A DNA stretch of 64,000 nucleotides, taken from NCBI GenBank assembly GCA_012295275.1, contig CM022669.1, positions 15,934,001-15,998,000 on the forward strand, written 5' to 3'. Under the pieces are notes generated by a model. That model had not been told where the DNA came from. It made no database searches and was given only the letters and a program-made list of their open reading frames with translations. Position numbers and translations under genes: made by a program. This stretch comes from Chrysomallon squamiferum (lineage: Eukaryota > Animalia > Mollusca). The stretch's first letter is position 1. The number at the start of each line of letters is the position of its first letter. Positions 1 to 14,762 of this stretch are shown here, in pieces.

Positions 1-324
1 AGTCGACATGAAAATGATTTTATTATTATTTCCATTTTTAATTACGTTTTTGTTTTTTCTGTGTGTGTGTAACAAGAAACTTCTATTTCAACAAGCGAGT
101 AACGATGTCCGTTGTAATAAAAATTAGGATCTGGCTGATCTGCTAATGTACATCAAAGGTTTACGTTTTACCATTTATCAGCTTCAGTCGGATATTGTCA
201 TTAAAATAAGAGCTGTGGACATTAAGCCTTTTCGCTAGCTTTTAACCACAAACTAACAAAGACATAACAACGATAATTGAATAGAAGCACGAAAGGATGA
301 AGGCTGATCATATTTTTTTCACTT

Positions 325-730
325 CTACTATTACTACTTAATACTACTACTTCTATCACTACTACTACTGCCACAATACATTACTTCCATCACTACTGCT
401 ACTGCTGCTGCTAGTACTACTACTTCTACTACTGCTGCTAGTACTACTACTTCTACTACTACGAGTACTACTACGACTACTATTACTTCTACCACTAGTA
501 CTAACGCTGTCACTATTGTTTCTGCTACCATTGTTATTAGTATTGCAGTTCCTTTTTAGTTCTGTTAACAATATTACAGATACTGCTACTACTACTACTA
601 CGTCTCCTGCAACTGCTGTTATTGAAAAACAACAAAAACAACAACTAATACTATTATTAGAAATGCTACAATCACCACTACTACTACTACTACTACTACC
701 ACCGCCTCCACTGCTACCACTCTTACTAAT
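325..730. repeat. Degenerate (CTA/CTG)n trinucleotide low-complexity tract
   Basis: Runs of ctactact/ctgctact produce the spurious poly-S/V/L/T ORFs. Confidence 0.85.
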
Positions 731-3269
731 AGAATATGTGCCCCTTCTGCCATTTCTACTAAGAATTAATAGTATTATTCGTAATGTAACAATTATTAAT
801 TATATTGATCATGCTAGGCACGGCAGTGGAGGATATTATACTAATAAGATCAAAAGCAGCTGAAGAAATATTGGAAAACCAAATGTGGATAACTTAAGTT
901 AAACTTGTCTTGACCTCTCTCATTGACTGAGAAACATCATAATTATTTAAGCAATATAGGCATTAAGTGCATGGCGAGCATCTTGTTTACAGATAACCTC
1001 AAACGGTCAATCGTAGAAGTAGCTTCTTCAATCAGAATAAGTGTACCTGAGTCATAAATTCATCAGTCAACTGGGAATATTAATCTGGTTGTTAATAATA
1101 GTCGAAGTGACGTACAGGATATCGTATAGCTGAATTATTTACTGGGAAATGAAATGCTTATATTAGGAAGTTTAGAATAAGACGCTTTTGAATGGTATTA
1201 TGGAGACTATCTAAGGTTGTACCATTTTGTAATTCTTCACAACACAACCATATGGTTGCAAAAGAAGAAAACAAAAAAAAAACTCTTTAAAAATGGTTAA
1301 TTCAGGTCTGCTCATGTTCAAACGAATTTATCGCTTGTCAGAGCATTTCATTAGACATACAGAATGTTCCAATAAATCAATGAAAAAATAATTTCAAAAA
1401 AATAAATTAAATTTAATTAAACTAAAAAAAAAAAAAAACCCTCCACATCTAACGTCTTAAAAAGATTACGCTTTCTTGTTCGAATGTTTTTTGTCGTCGT
1501 TCTTGAAGTTTTATCAAATGTATTTTCTTTTTTCACATTCTTTTCTTCTTGCGCTGCTCAGAATACTGTACCTAAAAGAATATATGAGCCAAGTACTTTA
1601 ATGAAACAGTTAAATTCTCTATGGTAGAGAATTATCTTTAAAAAGAACAGAGTACTCAGTGAAACCATGCATATTTAACATGTGTTAAACTGATATTAAC
1701 ATATTCATCACATTTATTTTCAGATTTTCACTAGTCTATGCCAGTCATTTATTTTAACGTGTTTTTTTTTTTTTTAAAGTGTTAAATTTTCTAAATATCC
1801 CATTGTATGACTTCAAATCTTATTGACGAAACCTAATTTTCAATACCCGAAAATAGACGGTTTCTACCTTTGTGTATTACTTAATCAGGCTATTGCCTGG
1901 AACCTCTGAATTGTGTCCTAAATCTCTACCAATATTCAACATCTACACATTCACTGAGAAGGAACATATCGCCACAAAGATCTTAAGCGATTTCAGCAAC
2001 CGTATCGTCGTTGCAACCAAAATATTATAAAATAATCTGTGGTTATATGCCGAGATACATTAAAGAATAAATTAACTGCCAGGTGTCTCTTATGTACAGT
2101 GTCCCATACACAGGTGAAAACATGGTATTTTGATAAACCAGTAATGGTTTGAATATTAAATATACTATTTTTTTTTTTTGTGACAAAACAGACCTTTAAC
2201 GAAAAATCGTTCACAAATATTTGTAAAACATTATGATAAAACAAAAACCGAAAAGCGGTCTGACCCTAGAGAGATTCTATATCATTCGAAACCATATTAA
2301 TTTTACCTATCTTAATTTAATATTACAACAACAAAAAAACACTGACTTTATGCCTAGACAGAAAAAAGTGCTTACGTAAAATGAACAGCGCTCTGTTATA
2401 TTTAATTTAAAAAAAAAATAATAATAACAATAATAATAAAAAAGCGAAATTGGATTTTGAAATTAAATCTTTCACTGCAATAATATACCCTCGGGAAATC
2501 AGTGTGTCTTACCACTAAGCCTCTTGAGTCGAATACACCATCTGCAGTATTTGTAATATTAGTAAGTTATAGCAAGAAGTATTAAGACTGATATATTGAA
2601 TGTAGCAGCTGCTTCGGTTAATTGGCTCTCTTTGTAGACAGAAATTATCAGTTCTGGTGGAATGAAGGTAGTTCGTATTTATTTTGTGAGTTCACTTCAC
2701 ATTTAAAGTATCATAATTAGTGGAAACGCTTGAGTAATACTATACAAAGAGTAGACAAACTGTATCGTACCATTCGGGAATATTTCAGATAGGTAAAGAC
2801 TTTTGACTAGACTTAAGATAAACGCATTGTATTAAATTTACACTAAGAACTATACAGAGTTTCCTAAAATTATTTCATGACCATATAAATATTGTCTTTA
2901 AGTACCGAAGAGATTTTATTATTAACGGTTGTCAGAAATCAGATGTCAAACACGTATATTCGGCATTTTAACCTTCGCAGGATAAAGCTGATGTCATAAT
3001 CCAGTAAGCAGTTATTCCAAGAATATTTCTATGATACAAGACATTTTTGAAAATGCTGTTTTTATTCCTTTCTTATCGACTGAGCAGGAACAGTTAGTTG
3101 ATATCCACCTTTGAGTAGGCATCAAAGCACGTATGTCAGTTCTTTATTTAGTGATTTTGGCTGGATTGGGAAATGCATTTACTTGGGAGCTCGAAACCCG
3201 ATTTTAGCACCCATTGCAGCGATATATTGCTACATTCGTACTTTTAATGATATTAATGATATTGATAAG

Positions 3270-3332
3270 GATGAGATGACGGTAATGATAATGATGATGA
3301 TGATAATGATGATAACAATACTACTACTACTA

Positions 3333-3373
<41 letters not shown>

Positions 3374-3533
3374 TTATTATGATGTAACATTACAACTACT
3401 ATTACTACAACTACTACTACTAATAATAATAACAACAACTACAACGATGGCAGTTACAACAACAATAATAATAGCAGTGTTGTTGTTTCTGTTGTTTCAA
3501 TTATTATTGTTGTTGTTGTGGTATTATTATTAT

Positions 3534-3579
<46 letters not shown>

Positions 3580-3595
3580 GTTATTATTATTATTC
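3270..3595. repeat. Compound trinucleotide microsatellite (ATG/AAT/CTA/TTG)
   Basis: Directly visible. Confidence 0.9.
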
Positions 3596-3884
3596 AATTA
3601 ATCTTGTTATTGTTAATAAACAAATGTCTCTTATCGATTACTTAGAAAGCATACTACTACTAGTAATCAATTTCTGCCCTCAACAGCTGCTAAATCGGAT
3701 TAAGTGTTGTCATCTTCTAATTAATAAGTTTATCTGACCTCTGACTGCAGACTTTTTAGTGATCAGACCTATAATAATGGATACCTTGAGCTAGGCTCTT
3801 GATATTTCCTGTATTCATATTAACAGAGGAAGGGTGAATTTATAAATACAGTGATTGGTATTAAACAAATAACTAAATGAAGGA

Positions 3885-3964
3885 ATGAATAAATAAATAA
3901 ATAAATAAATAAATAAATGAATTGATAAATAAATAAATAGACAGATAGATAGATAGACAGACAG

Positions 3965-4024
<60 letters not shown>

Positions 4025-4040
4025 TTAGATAGATAGATAA
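3885..4040. repeat. (AAAT)n/(AGAT)n tetranucleotide microsatellite
   Basis: Directly visible. Confidence 0.9.
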
Positions 4041-7000
4041 ACACAAATTTAATAAATAAATATAAACAAGTAAATAAGTGTGCTAGTCTGGTGTAGTACT
4101 TATTCGTGCGTATACCTGTGTGTGTAAGTACGCATATGTATACACGTGAGTCTACAAATGAACTGAGTGCGTCTGAGATCTCATCATAGAAGAAAGAAAT
4201 GTCAAACCAGTTTACAATGTCCTATAAACGAAGATATTTTCAAGCTGATGTAGTTTTTACTAGGAAACTTAACGAGAGCAGAAATAATATTATATTTGAC
4301 GAAAATAGTAAACAAAAGCATAAGCAATAATGATAACGATTTAATTTAGAACATAGTTTTTGACTAGTGTGCTATTTAATATTACCATTAAAAAGTAAGA
4401 CGTTCTGCATGTTTGTAAACCACCACATGACACTAAAATTCCTAGGAAACACTTCAGTTGTAATTTAAATAAATTATATTATATTGCAATATGTATGCAT
4501 TAGTGGTTACCAGTGTCTACAGTATATATTTTTTGGTTGAAACTAATTTTTTTTTTTTTTTTTTTTAAATATACTATTACGATTCACGTCCCCTTTGGAT
4601 CAATTTATGAAACGTTATCTACAGACAGATTAATGATGCTGTTTTTCACATCTGTGAAATACCTAAAATTAAATTTCTGCACTAAAACCCGTCCACATTC
4701 TACAGAAATCTGATACAAGGAAGAAAATCAGTCCTTCAAAATTAGTTCTATAATCTTGATAAAGATATTAAAATTACATATAATACGTTGTTTTGTTTTG
4801 TTTACAAGATGCAGGAACTGCAAGAGATGCAATGAGAAGAGCTATATTTTGTTAACCTTTTAGTTTTATGTCCTTTTGACACTGGCATGTCATCCTCCTT
4901 GATGAATCAGACGGCTGTTATGATGAGGCTAGTTTATCTCAAGCAAAACTTAATGTCACACAAACGCTGATGCCAGTTCGTTGACCGTAACATTAGATGG
5001 CGCTAAGATATGATTTAAATAAGGATACAAGAAAAAAGAAAGTGTACCGAGCTATACAGTCAGAGCAGTAAGAAAGGTTTAATGCAGTTTTACTGACAGA
5101 TGGATTAGCCTCTAGAGCAAATTCTGATTACAGCATTCTGATATTTTATTAAAGTAATCAAATATGCTAAGATCACGTTTTAAATTGATTTAGTTTTTTA
5201 GAAACGAAATGATGATGATGATGATGTTGTTGATGGTGATTTTGTTTATGATGGTGATCATAATGATAATAACGATGATGATGATGATGATGATGATACT
5301 GATCATAATATGCTGTTGGTATTGATGGTGGTGTTGGTGTTAGAAACCCTAACTGATGCAATACGATCTAAAAAGTTAAATGTTTTGTGATGTCGTTATG
5401 AATGACATTAGTATCTTAATTCAGTTACAAAATCTTAATGGCCTACATAATTATTCAGTTAAATTACCCTTATGAAAATTTATTTAATTGCTGTTGGGTT
5501 TTAGTTTTGTTTTTTTTAAATTTAATATTAATATCCTTTCATATATATATATATTTTTTTTTTACCCATGTTAAATCAGTATTAAATTGATTTAATGCTA
5601 CAACGTGATTTAGTTCGTAGTTAGTTTTTTACAGCCATTCAGTTGTTTTTTGATACTTAAATAAATTTCACGAATTGAAGTGGAACTTCTGTTACTTGGA
5701 GAGGTCAATTTCAAAATATCATTTCCACATCATGATTTTTGCAGTTAGATTTCAAGTACCCGCTCTTGTATTTTGAAAAAAAAATATTTTTTCTTTTTAT
5801 AATGTTCTTTAAACAATCACACACTTCTAATTATCACTAATTTTCTTAATTGTCCATCGGTAATACTTCAGCAGAGCATCCGCGTGCGAATGAATCGATG
5901 AACTAACTGAGAGATGTGTTCATCCACCAAAGATTCCAGCTTGTTATCTTAGGCACTTTGTTCTTCATCGCAAGTTAGTGTGTTAAAAGAATATTAACAG
6001 ATGTGAAAATGAAGGTGTCCTAAGTTTTGAGTTGTATCTTGGCAAGATGATTTAAGAGATACGATCCCAGATGGTTCGATGGTTTAACACTGCCAAATCC
6101 AGATAGTTGATCATCTTCAAAATAACGTCCTTAATAGGATCTTTAAAAATGTGAGACCTTGCATTAATTTATTTGCACATTATCTATAACGAATAATCAT
6201 TCTAACATCTGTTACCAGTTAAAATGAAAAAAACATGTATACAATTACAAAGAAAGATGCCTAAAATAAAAAAAATAAAAAACTGTCTTATTTTAATTAT
6301 TATTTTTATGTTGTTAGTCAATGAAATATCCTTCTTCTTTCACTGCAGATTTCTCTCTTTATTTCTTTCTGGGCTGTTTTCTTTGTATTTCATCTCAAAA
6401 TCAGTAATCTCTTTGAAAGCTACAAATCAGGATTCAGTGATTACAAAACTTCGTTTCTCGTTTTCTCTAAATGCACAAATGCACCCTGTGAAACACACAT
6501 AAAAGCTGGTAATGGATTATTTCGGAAACTGTAACTTCCTAAAAGTCGAAAGTCCCATATCTGTCAGTTATATCGTGAAGTGATGTTTCAAGAGTGAAAC
6601 GATACTATTACGTTATCTTCCCTTCGATTAACCTAGCCGTAATTTTCTTTCCTTCTTTTCCTTCATCGTGCGGTCAGTGAATGAACAGAACACTCGGAAG
6701 TTTGTGAATCGTTTATTCGGAAATAGAAACGCTGTTGATGAATACGAAGTAAATTGCAATAATACTTGTTGTTGATGCGTTGGTTTCTGATTGCATACTG
6801 CTTATACATTATTTTTTCTTGATTTATATGAAGAAAAAAATCATTTTTTACCAGCTTTTACGCGTTTGTCATCGAATGGACGTAAAATTATAAACTAATT
6901 CATTATCAATTAATGTTTCAAAAACCGTGATGCTGAAAATGTTGATTATGATGATGACCATGATGAACATAACGGTGATGATGATTAATGTTGTTTACTG

Positions 7001-8885
7001 TCTGTCACCTTTTGCAATAACCTTCACACTGAATTATGTAATACGTGTTTCTAATTACGGCTGACGTGAAAAAGAATAACTAGATGTAGAAGCTATTTGG
7101 TTCACTTTGTTGCAGAGTGCGTACTTTTCACATTGCAACTCTCCCCAAAGAATGCTTTACAAAAATTCAACTTAGTAAATAATAAATGAATCCACAATTA
7201 ACACCGAACTGTTATTTGTTATTCTGAGCAGACAATTATGCATTTTCTTTGTGCTAACTCAGTATACATCTCTATCTTTGACATATTGAGGTTCTGCGTG
7301 CAAACAATTTTCATGCTTAATCTCTTGAAAAGAAAACGCAATGATTCAAAGAGTAAATTTGACTTGTTTTATAAAGAATTTTTGATTAAAACACATCAGA
7401 TGAATAAACCATGGCTCTCAAAAGAATAAACGACTGCACTGTGGGCAGAAAACTTCAAGCAAATTCATATATGTTTGATTTATTGCAGACAAATTAATTT
7501 GTCACGGATTTCTTGATATAGTGATTGCAGACGAGAACCATTTGCTTGATTATCCTTCGTTTCTGCTGGAAACCCAAATGACTCTATAATTCAGTCATCT
7601 AATTCCAAGATGAAAAGGAACTGATATTACGTCTAAATTTCTAACCGAATAGCTAGCGTTTAACAAGCTAACAAGATAGTTGTAAGAAATATTGATTATA
7701 ACTGGGAAAAAGAGCGATTCGTGAATGACAGAAACATATATGTAATCAACAGATCAAAACAAAATGTAAATATTATTTTTCTAGAAACAAATGATCCATC
7801 TGATGATCAAGAAATAATTGTGGAATGTAAACATGTTTCAAATAGTTATAACTGAGTACGCTGAAGTAATTACTGGTGGGAAACTAAATGTTATTAATTT
7901 ATTCCAGCCGAGAGCATAATTAAAATTAGTAAAACAAATATATAAATGTATTATCAAACATTTAACAAAAAGCATCATTAAATCTATTCTCGTAACAGTT
8001 GTTATTATCATCATCTTTATCATCATTATCGTTATTATCATGATTATTATTATTATTAATGTTGCTGTTTTGTTGTTGCTGATGATGATGTTGTTTGTTG
8101 TTGTTTAGTAATTAAATGGTTAATAACTTATTATTATTTTATATAAGGTGGTCAAAGTATGTAGTACTTCTTTGTAAATTATAGTCTTACGGCCTCGCTT
8201 CAGTCAATGGAACTACAACGGAAGTGAAATTAGATCACAGTCAATATGGGCTCATTATAACGTCGATATTAAACATACAGTTCACGTAGATCATTCCAAG
8301 GTCAAGGCCGCAATTTAGGATTTTGTTTTTCTTTTGTTCCTTACAAATATAACATCGGGACAAAATAGAAAGACTGGAAACTTTAACTTCTTCAATAAAA
8401 TGAAGAGTGATAAAGCAGATATGAACTAATTCGTGCATAACGATATTTAGAACAAAGGTTACGTATCAACAGGGACATGATGATAAATTAAAAACCGTTT
8501 ATCAAGTTCATTTTCTGTATTTTTACCGTAAACGCTCAACGGTTGAAATACGATTATAGATGAGAACGGCATTACTGAAATAATAATGTAATTATATATT
8601 TTTTTTTACTGTACTGAATGCAAAGCCAATTGGCATTTCAGCGTGTAATCTTGTCCATAGACACAAGATAGTAAATAGATGATTTTTCTTCATTCAGTTT
8701 CAAATACTGAAGTTCCACTACCAGTAAAATTAAAATGTACTGTATAGTTTGCTAATACATGCAGATGTTAATGATATGGAATCTGAGTTTTAGGGATCTC
8801 AGTTACATATGAATTTCTCTATGCTTATGCTCTGTCTGTGGGGAAACATTCCTTATTGTATTAGCGTTATAATCACTGGACTTAC

Positions 8886-9346
8886 CGTTCAATACAAACA
8901 GTGACTAGTGTCAGGACCGAACTGTAGAGGGCTCCGACAAGAACAGTTCTTTGAATCTTGCACATAATCAGACCCAGAAGCCATCCTCTGTTCAGCATGA
9001 AGAGAACGATTTCTGGCACACCAAAAACCATGATCAGTAAATCTGCCAAAGCCAGATTAAGGATGAGGATATTGGTAACCGATTTTCTCATCTTTTTGTC
9101 GGCTAGGACAATGTATATGACCATGAGGTTTCCAGCAATTCCGATGATTCCTACGACAAAGAAAAGAGTGGTAAAGAGAGTCACATATCCTACAGACACC
9201 ATGGGCAGCTGATTCTCCAGTCCAGTGTTTGAAATATTCGTATAGTTTTTTTCTACCGTCAGATTCCAGTTAAAAATATCAACATATATTATTTCGTTTA
9301 CAACGTGCAGGGAATCGTCACCAGTCATAGTTGTTGTCTTTTTCAT
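8886..9346 (-). CDS. GPCR gene A, first coding exon (N-terminus + TM1-TM3) of a class A peptide/neuropeptide-type receptor; second exon not in window
   Basis: ORF 9346-8882 encodes GN in TM1 (GIAGNLMV), NLALAD in TM2, WLLG..MCK at ECL1/TM3 and ends in CIER. The frame ends at CG|GTAAGT, a perfect donor at 8885-8880 in phase 2. N-terminal sequons are NLT, NYT and NIS. My manual ungapped alignment gives 60/94 identity to gene B exon 1 over TM1-TM3. The start could instead be the second ATG (MTGDD). Confidence 0.92.
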
Positions 9347-9958
9347 GTTTCTTCTTTTTCTGTTTTAATATTATCTTTGCACAGTTTAAGCATTAAATAT
9401 TTTTACAACTTCTTTTTTCTTTCTTTTTTTCTTCCTTTTTACTTCTGCTACAGATTCACAATATTATCCCTAATTTGCAACTTGAGTCAAAAATATCCAA
9501 AATGTTGGATAAAAGTAATTCATGCTAACAGCTGAGCATTTTCGAATATTTAAAAATGCGTTAAACAAAACGAACAATAAATATTGGTAAAGTGTTCGAG
9601 CGATATTGAATACATGATATACTGACAACGCGAAAGCACTTTCACAAAGGAAGACACGCCTTTGCAGTGACGAGAGATTCAACTACTTGAAAGATCTATA
9701 GCGTACATGAATGCTGCTATAGTTGTCACCATCCAGTAACATAATTTTTCTCCATGCCAGTAGTATATGGTCGCAGCTGCCGGTATGTTAGACAGCAAGG
9801 CAGCCGTGAGTCTAAAGCCGCCCAGTCAATAAAGAACCAATCGTAGTGAACGGCTGGTAATCCTCGAAAACTTTGGTGACAGAAGGAATCGTGGTATTTC
9901 AATCAATATGAGAGTGACATGTAGTTGTTTTTGTAACAGCACAGAAGTAATATGAGAG

Positions 9959-10068
<110 letters not shown>

Positions 10069-10868
10069 CACATAAATCGTGAAGGAAAACAAATAAAGTG
10101 AGGAAGGTTCTGTCGCTGAAGATAAGAAATCTGAATTAATCTTATGAAGCGAATCCATAAAGCTCGTAAATACTTAGTTTAGAAAAAGCTCATGACGTTA
10201 AGTAAATTTGACAAATTCTAAACATGTAACTAATAATAATGCATTTTTTTGTTATTTCCTGAATTAAAATAGAACCAAAATCAATGCAGCTAGAATAAAT
10301 AATTTATAAAGAGAAAGTAAAATCAAATCCGGAAAGGAAAAACAGCAGTCATCATTTATTTCTGTAACAGACAACAAATACTAACTATGCTCATTAGAAA
10401 AATTGAAATTTTTATAGAATACCTTAAACAGAAATAGAGAAAATTTCTTTTTTGACGGAATATTTCTGATAAATGAAAACAACTGAATCCATTATGAAAT
10501 TACAAAATATTGATTAAGTTACCTTTTCATTGAAAATGCAATGAAAGAAGTTCTGTTTTTCTTTTTTTTCTGATGAATTAGATTTTTTTTCCTCTCTCTT
10601 ATTTTTGATATAGTATTTACTTTTTATTATTCTGAGTGTCACTGTATGTGAATTAATACAGCCCGATAAATTAGATTAAATTTAACAAAAACTATTAAGT
10701 ACATTTAATTTGAATTATGTAATCTCTTGATCTGAAATACAATCTTGTTGGTTTATAAAGATTAGCTATGTTTTATTTCTTAATTTTTCCTTCTGGTGTT
10801 AATTAAAATGTAGGATGTTGTTCCTGTCTACGTTTGTGTGATCGGCATCATAATATTAAATGAAGCAG

Positions 10869-10901
<33 letters not shown>

Positions 10902-11168
10902 CAGTTATTTCTTTCTTTGGGTTTTGTATTGTTGTCGTTGCTAAACAGTTACTGATTTTGTTTCTGTTTAAATTAAAATACGAAGATATTGATCAAGAAA
11001 TATATAGGTTTATAATATGTAAAGAATTAAAGGATTTAATGAATATATATTTAATGAATATATGCGCATAATGGTAGTTTGGACGTTAGCTGAATTAATA
11101 TCTGGTGTAATATGTATATATATATGTATGTATGTATATATATATGTATGTGTATAATAATGTATGTG

Positions 11169-11211
<43 letters not shown>

Positions 11212-12068
11212 GTGCGTATTTATTGTTGTATGTGTGTGTGTTTGTGAATCATGTATGCCTGCACACATTTATATATTCATGATTTTATGTACGCTTATTT
11301 ACTTACACATAAAAAAATAAATGAAGCTTAAATTAACAGTAATGATAGTACTTGATTACATCGTCCAACGAGAGAACAAACTCGAATGTAATGTAATTTA
11401 CTGTAGGGTTCTCGTGTCAACGACACTCGTTTGAACAAGCACGGATAGCAACACTCACTGTTTGCTGAGAACTCTTTTAACACTTGTACGGCGATCTTGA
11501 GTGAATTAAAAGAAATCGCGATGTTTGGCGACGCCCGATTTCTGCACAAAGTAACATTGTTGATGAACTGTTTCGTCTGAGCGTTGCTGGACACACAGCA
11601 AAGAAAAAGAAGACACGGCAAACAGAAAGAGATAGGTGTAAAAATAAGACGTATGTGTCTGTTTTTACTGTCGTAACGATCTTGGTTGCTATTAATCAAA
11701 TTATTGCGCTCAAAAGGTTATGCTGTTGATATGTGCACGTACTTTCCCGTCCCGTATTAATTAAAATTCAGTATTATAACGTAAGTGCAGCTGTCGCTGT
11801 TGTTGTTGTTCCTGTCTGTGTTTGTGATGACGTGAATTCTAGACTTGTGAAATGGAAAAATGGCGGCCGTCTATTGTTTTTCAACTAATATTTTATAATT
11901 CTACCTACTTTGTTATTATCGGCGATGGGTTGCGTAAACTAATAAACTAATAACCTTGAAGTATAAAGATTTCTTTTTCTGTATACCATTCTTTCTTTCG
12001 TGGCATAACAGATACATATAATTTAAAAAATATATATATATTTTTAATATTTTATTATTACTATTATT

Positions 12069-12115
<47 letters not shown>

Positions 12116-14450
12116 ATCTTATATAATGAAATGAATTATGATTACTGATTGATTTTTTTTAAATTGGTTTTCTGGCTTAAACATAACTAAATATTCACTT
12201 AATTTTATATCTATCGGTTTACATGTACGCAGTACACTGATACCCGTCACCTGCTACATCCGTTCATTTATCGATTTATTTAAGGCGTCCAACAAATTTA
12301 CAACATAAAATTCCTGATTACACATGTATTATTAACGATTTCTTCTTGTTTTATTCTTGAAAACCCCGTCGACTATTTCTCAGGCATGATTGTTATTCAG
12401 TAAAAATATCTACTAATTGTCGATATCGTATAAATACAGATTGATTAATATACTATAGAATTTCAGATGGGTACGCTGTTCCGTGATTTCTTTATTTTTT
12501 ATCCAATAGCATGGACAGAATATTGTATTTAAATCAAGTGCGAAATTTTCTCATTTTTATATTTTTCGATCATCCCAATGTTCCATCAACAGAAATGGTA
12601 CAGATATCAGACTATTTGTATGAATTTCAGAAAACTGCCTTTAGAAGAACATTTTTTATATATTAAATAGAGTTTCAGTCTTTACTTTTTTTTTTTTTTA
12701 TTTTTTAATACTTTAAGAAAATAAAATCGAAAAAAAAAAAAAATAAAAAAAAAAAATATAATACTTGTATCCAGAAATCCTGATTACATCCTGTCCCAAA
12801 CTGGCAGTGAAACTGGTGTGTTATCAGTCATGTGAAAATGTAAATAACAGTATTTTTGTTGCTAATCTTGATACAAAGAGATGACAGCATGATTCCTTGT
12901 TGTTGTTTTTGTTTTTTTTTTCAGTATTAGCATTGAATAAAAATAGGTACGTTTCACATATAGCAACAGTTAATATAAAAATGTGTGGAGGCGTATCAAA
13001 ACAGACACTGATTCATTTAGTCGTGGGCTAAATTTGATAATTCTTTATATTTGCGAAATCACTGAGTTAATCTTGTTTGACAGACAAATACGGATGAAAA
13101 ACATTGTCAAATTATTTTATTTATTAAATTATTTATCAATTTTCGTTGATTCTGTGCCATTCTGAACTGTCCATCAGAAGAGGGCCATTGTCGAATCCCT
13201 AACGCCAGATTACAGATGAATACGTTAAAAACATAGTTTTAGGAATCTGATATTCTGAAGCCCCGTTATCATAAAAAAGATATTACGAAAATGTGCAATA
13301 ATTGCTTTTGTAGTATATACAATAAAGGAACAGTTCCAAGTTTTGTTCGTCCGTGAATAGACTAGTAACATTGTTGCCGTTTTTCTTCATCTATCGGTGC
13401 TGGTACTACTACTACTACTACTACTACAATCACTACAGCTTCTGCTAATTTTAATACACCTAAAACGTAAATCAGAAAGATTAGACTACATTTAAATACA
13501 TTTAAATAAATAAATTAAATAAATTAATTTAAAACATTTAAGAAAATTATTTAAAAATAAAATATTAAAATCTTGATTGTAAAATACCACTATCGCTTAA
13601 CATAATTAATTTAATTCAAAGAATGCTACAGACAATTTGCAAAACAGTAATGAATAGTACATAGAAACTGATTATGATATTATTACAGTGTTTTTATCAT
13701 TACTGTCCTATTGTTTTTCTCTGGCTGTTACGGTGATTATTAATTGATTTCTTGATTCTACACGACAGTGCTGTTGTTTTCTGTTCGTCTATGGTCCTTC
13801 CTTATTCATGAGAAAACAACATGCAGTGAATAATTACCATCAACCGGTAACCAAGATTTCTTAGCAACTCTGAGGCACGAATCTGTAATTACATCTAACA
13901 TAAATATTTTCAGCATTTTATTGCATTTGTTAATTGTCTTTTAATAAATAAAATTAATATTATATTGCCCTTACCTGGAGTTCAGAAATGTACCTCACTT
14001 AATTGAAATGTATAAATATAGCTAAATATTGAAGGTTTCTGTTTTATTTTGTGCAGTCATTTTCTGCTCTTTCTTTTCTTCCGTTCTTCTCTTCATTTTA
14101 TTTTTTCAGTTTTACACTTTATTTCTGTTTTTAATTTTTATTTCTACTCATCCTTTATTTCCTTTTTCGTTCTATCAGTTTCTTCCTTTATTTTATTTTA
14201 TTTTTTTACATCACCATCCTTCTCGTCTTCTCATTCGTTTTCTTTCTTTTTTAATCTATTCCTTTTCATCTCTGATAGACTAATTTAAGAAGGTGGATAA
14301 ATGGTTATATTAATACGAAAAAAGACTGAGTCCCTTCAAAGAAAAATAGAGTTAAGAAAGAATAAAATTTGTTCACCTTTTCGTTTTATAATTTTTATAT
14401 TTTTAAATATTCCTTTCATAGAAAAAAATATGTATGTATATTATATTATG

Positions 14451-14485
<35 letters not shown>

Positions 14486-14642
14486 CTGTTTTATTTTTTA
14501 TTATTTTTTCCCCACATGACTGCAAATTTTATCAAATGTGTTTCAAGTTGTTTTAATTCACAAAGACAATGAGCAATTGGTCATATGTAAAAAAAAGAGA
14601 GAGAGACGAAAGGTATTAAAATTTAATCGGTTTTTAATAAAG

Positions 14643-14646
<4 letters not shown>

Positions 14647-14735
<89 letters not shown>

Positions 14736-14762
14736 GTCTGTCTCTCTGTCTGTCTGTCTCTC
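14647..14762. repeat. (TC)n/(TGTC)n microsatellite
   Basis: Directly visible. Confidence 0.95.

Noticed and set aside
8882-8887. In-frame stop immediately after the donor in both first exons, as a selected truncation signal
   Set aside because: A phase-2 GTAA/GTGA donor automatically places TAA/TGA in frame.
8958-9212. Antisense or alternative-frame ORFs overlapping GPCR exons (also 47191-47667, 62269-62874, 62361-62618)
   Set aside because: They are shadows of the real coding exons and carry no independent motifs.
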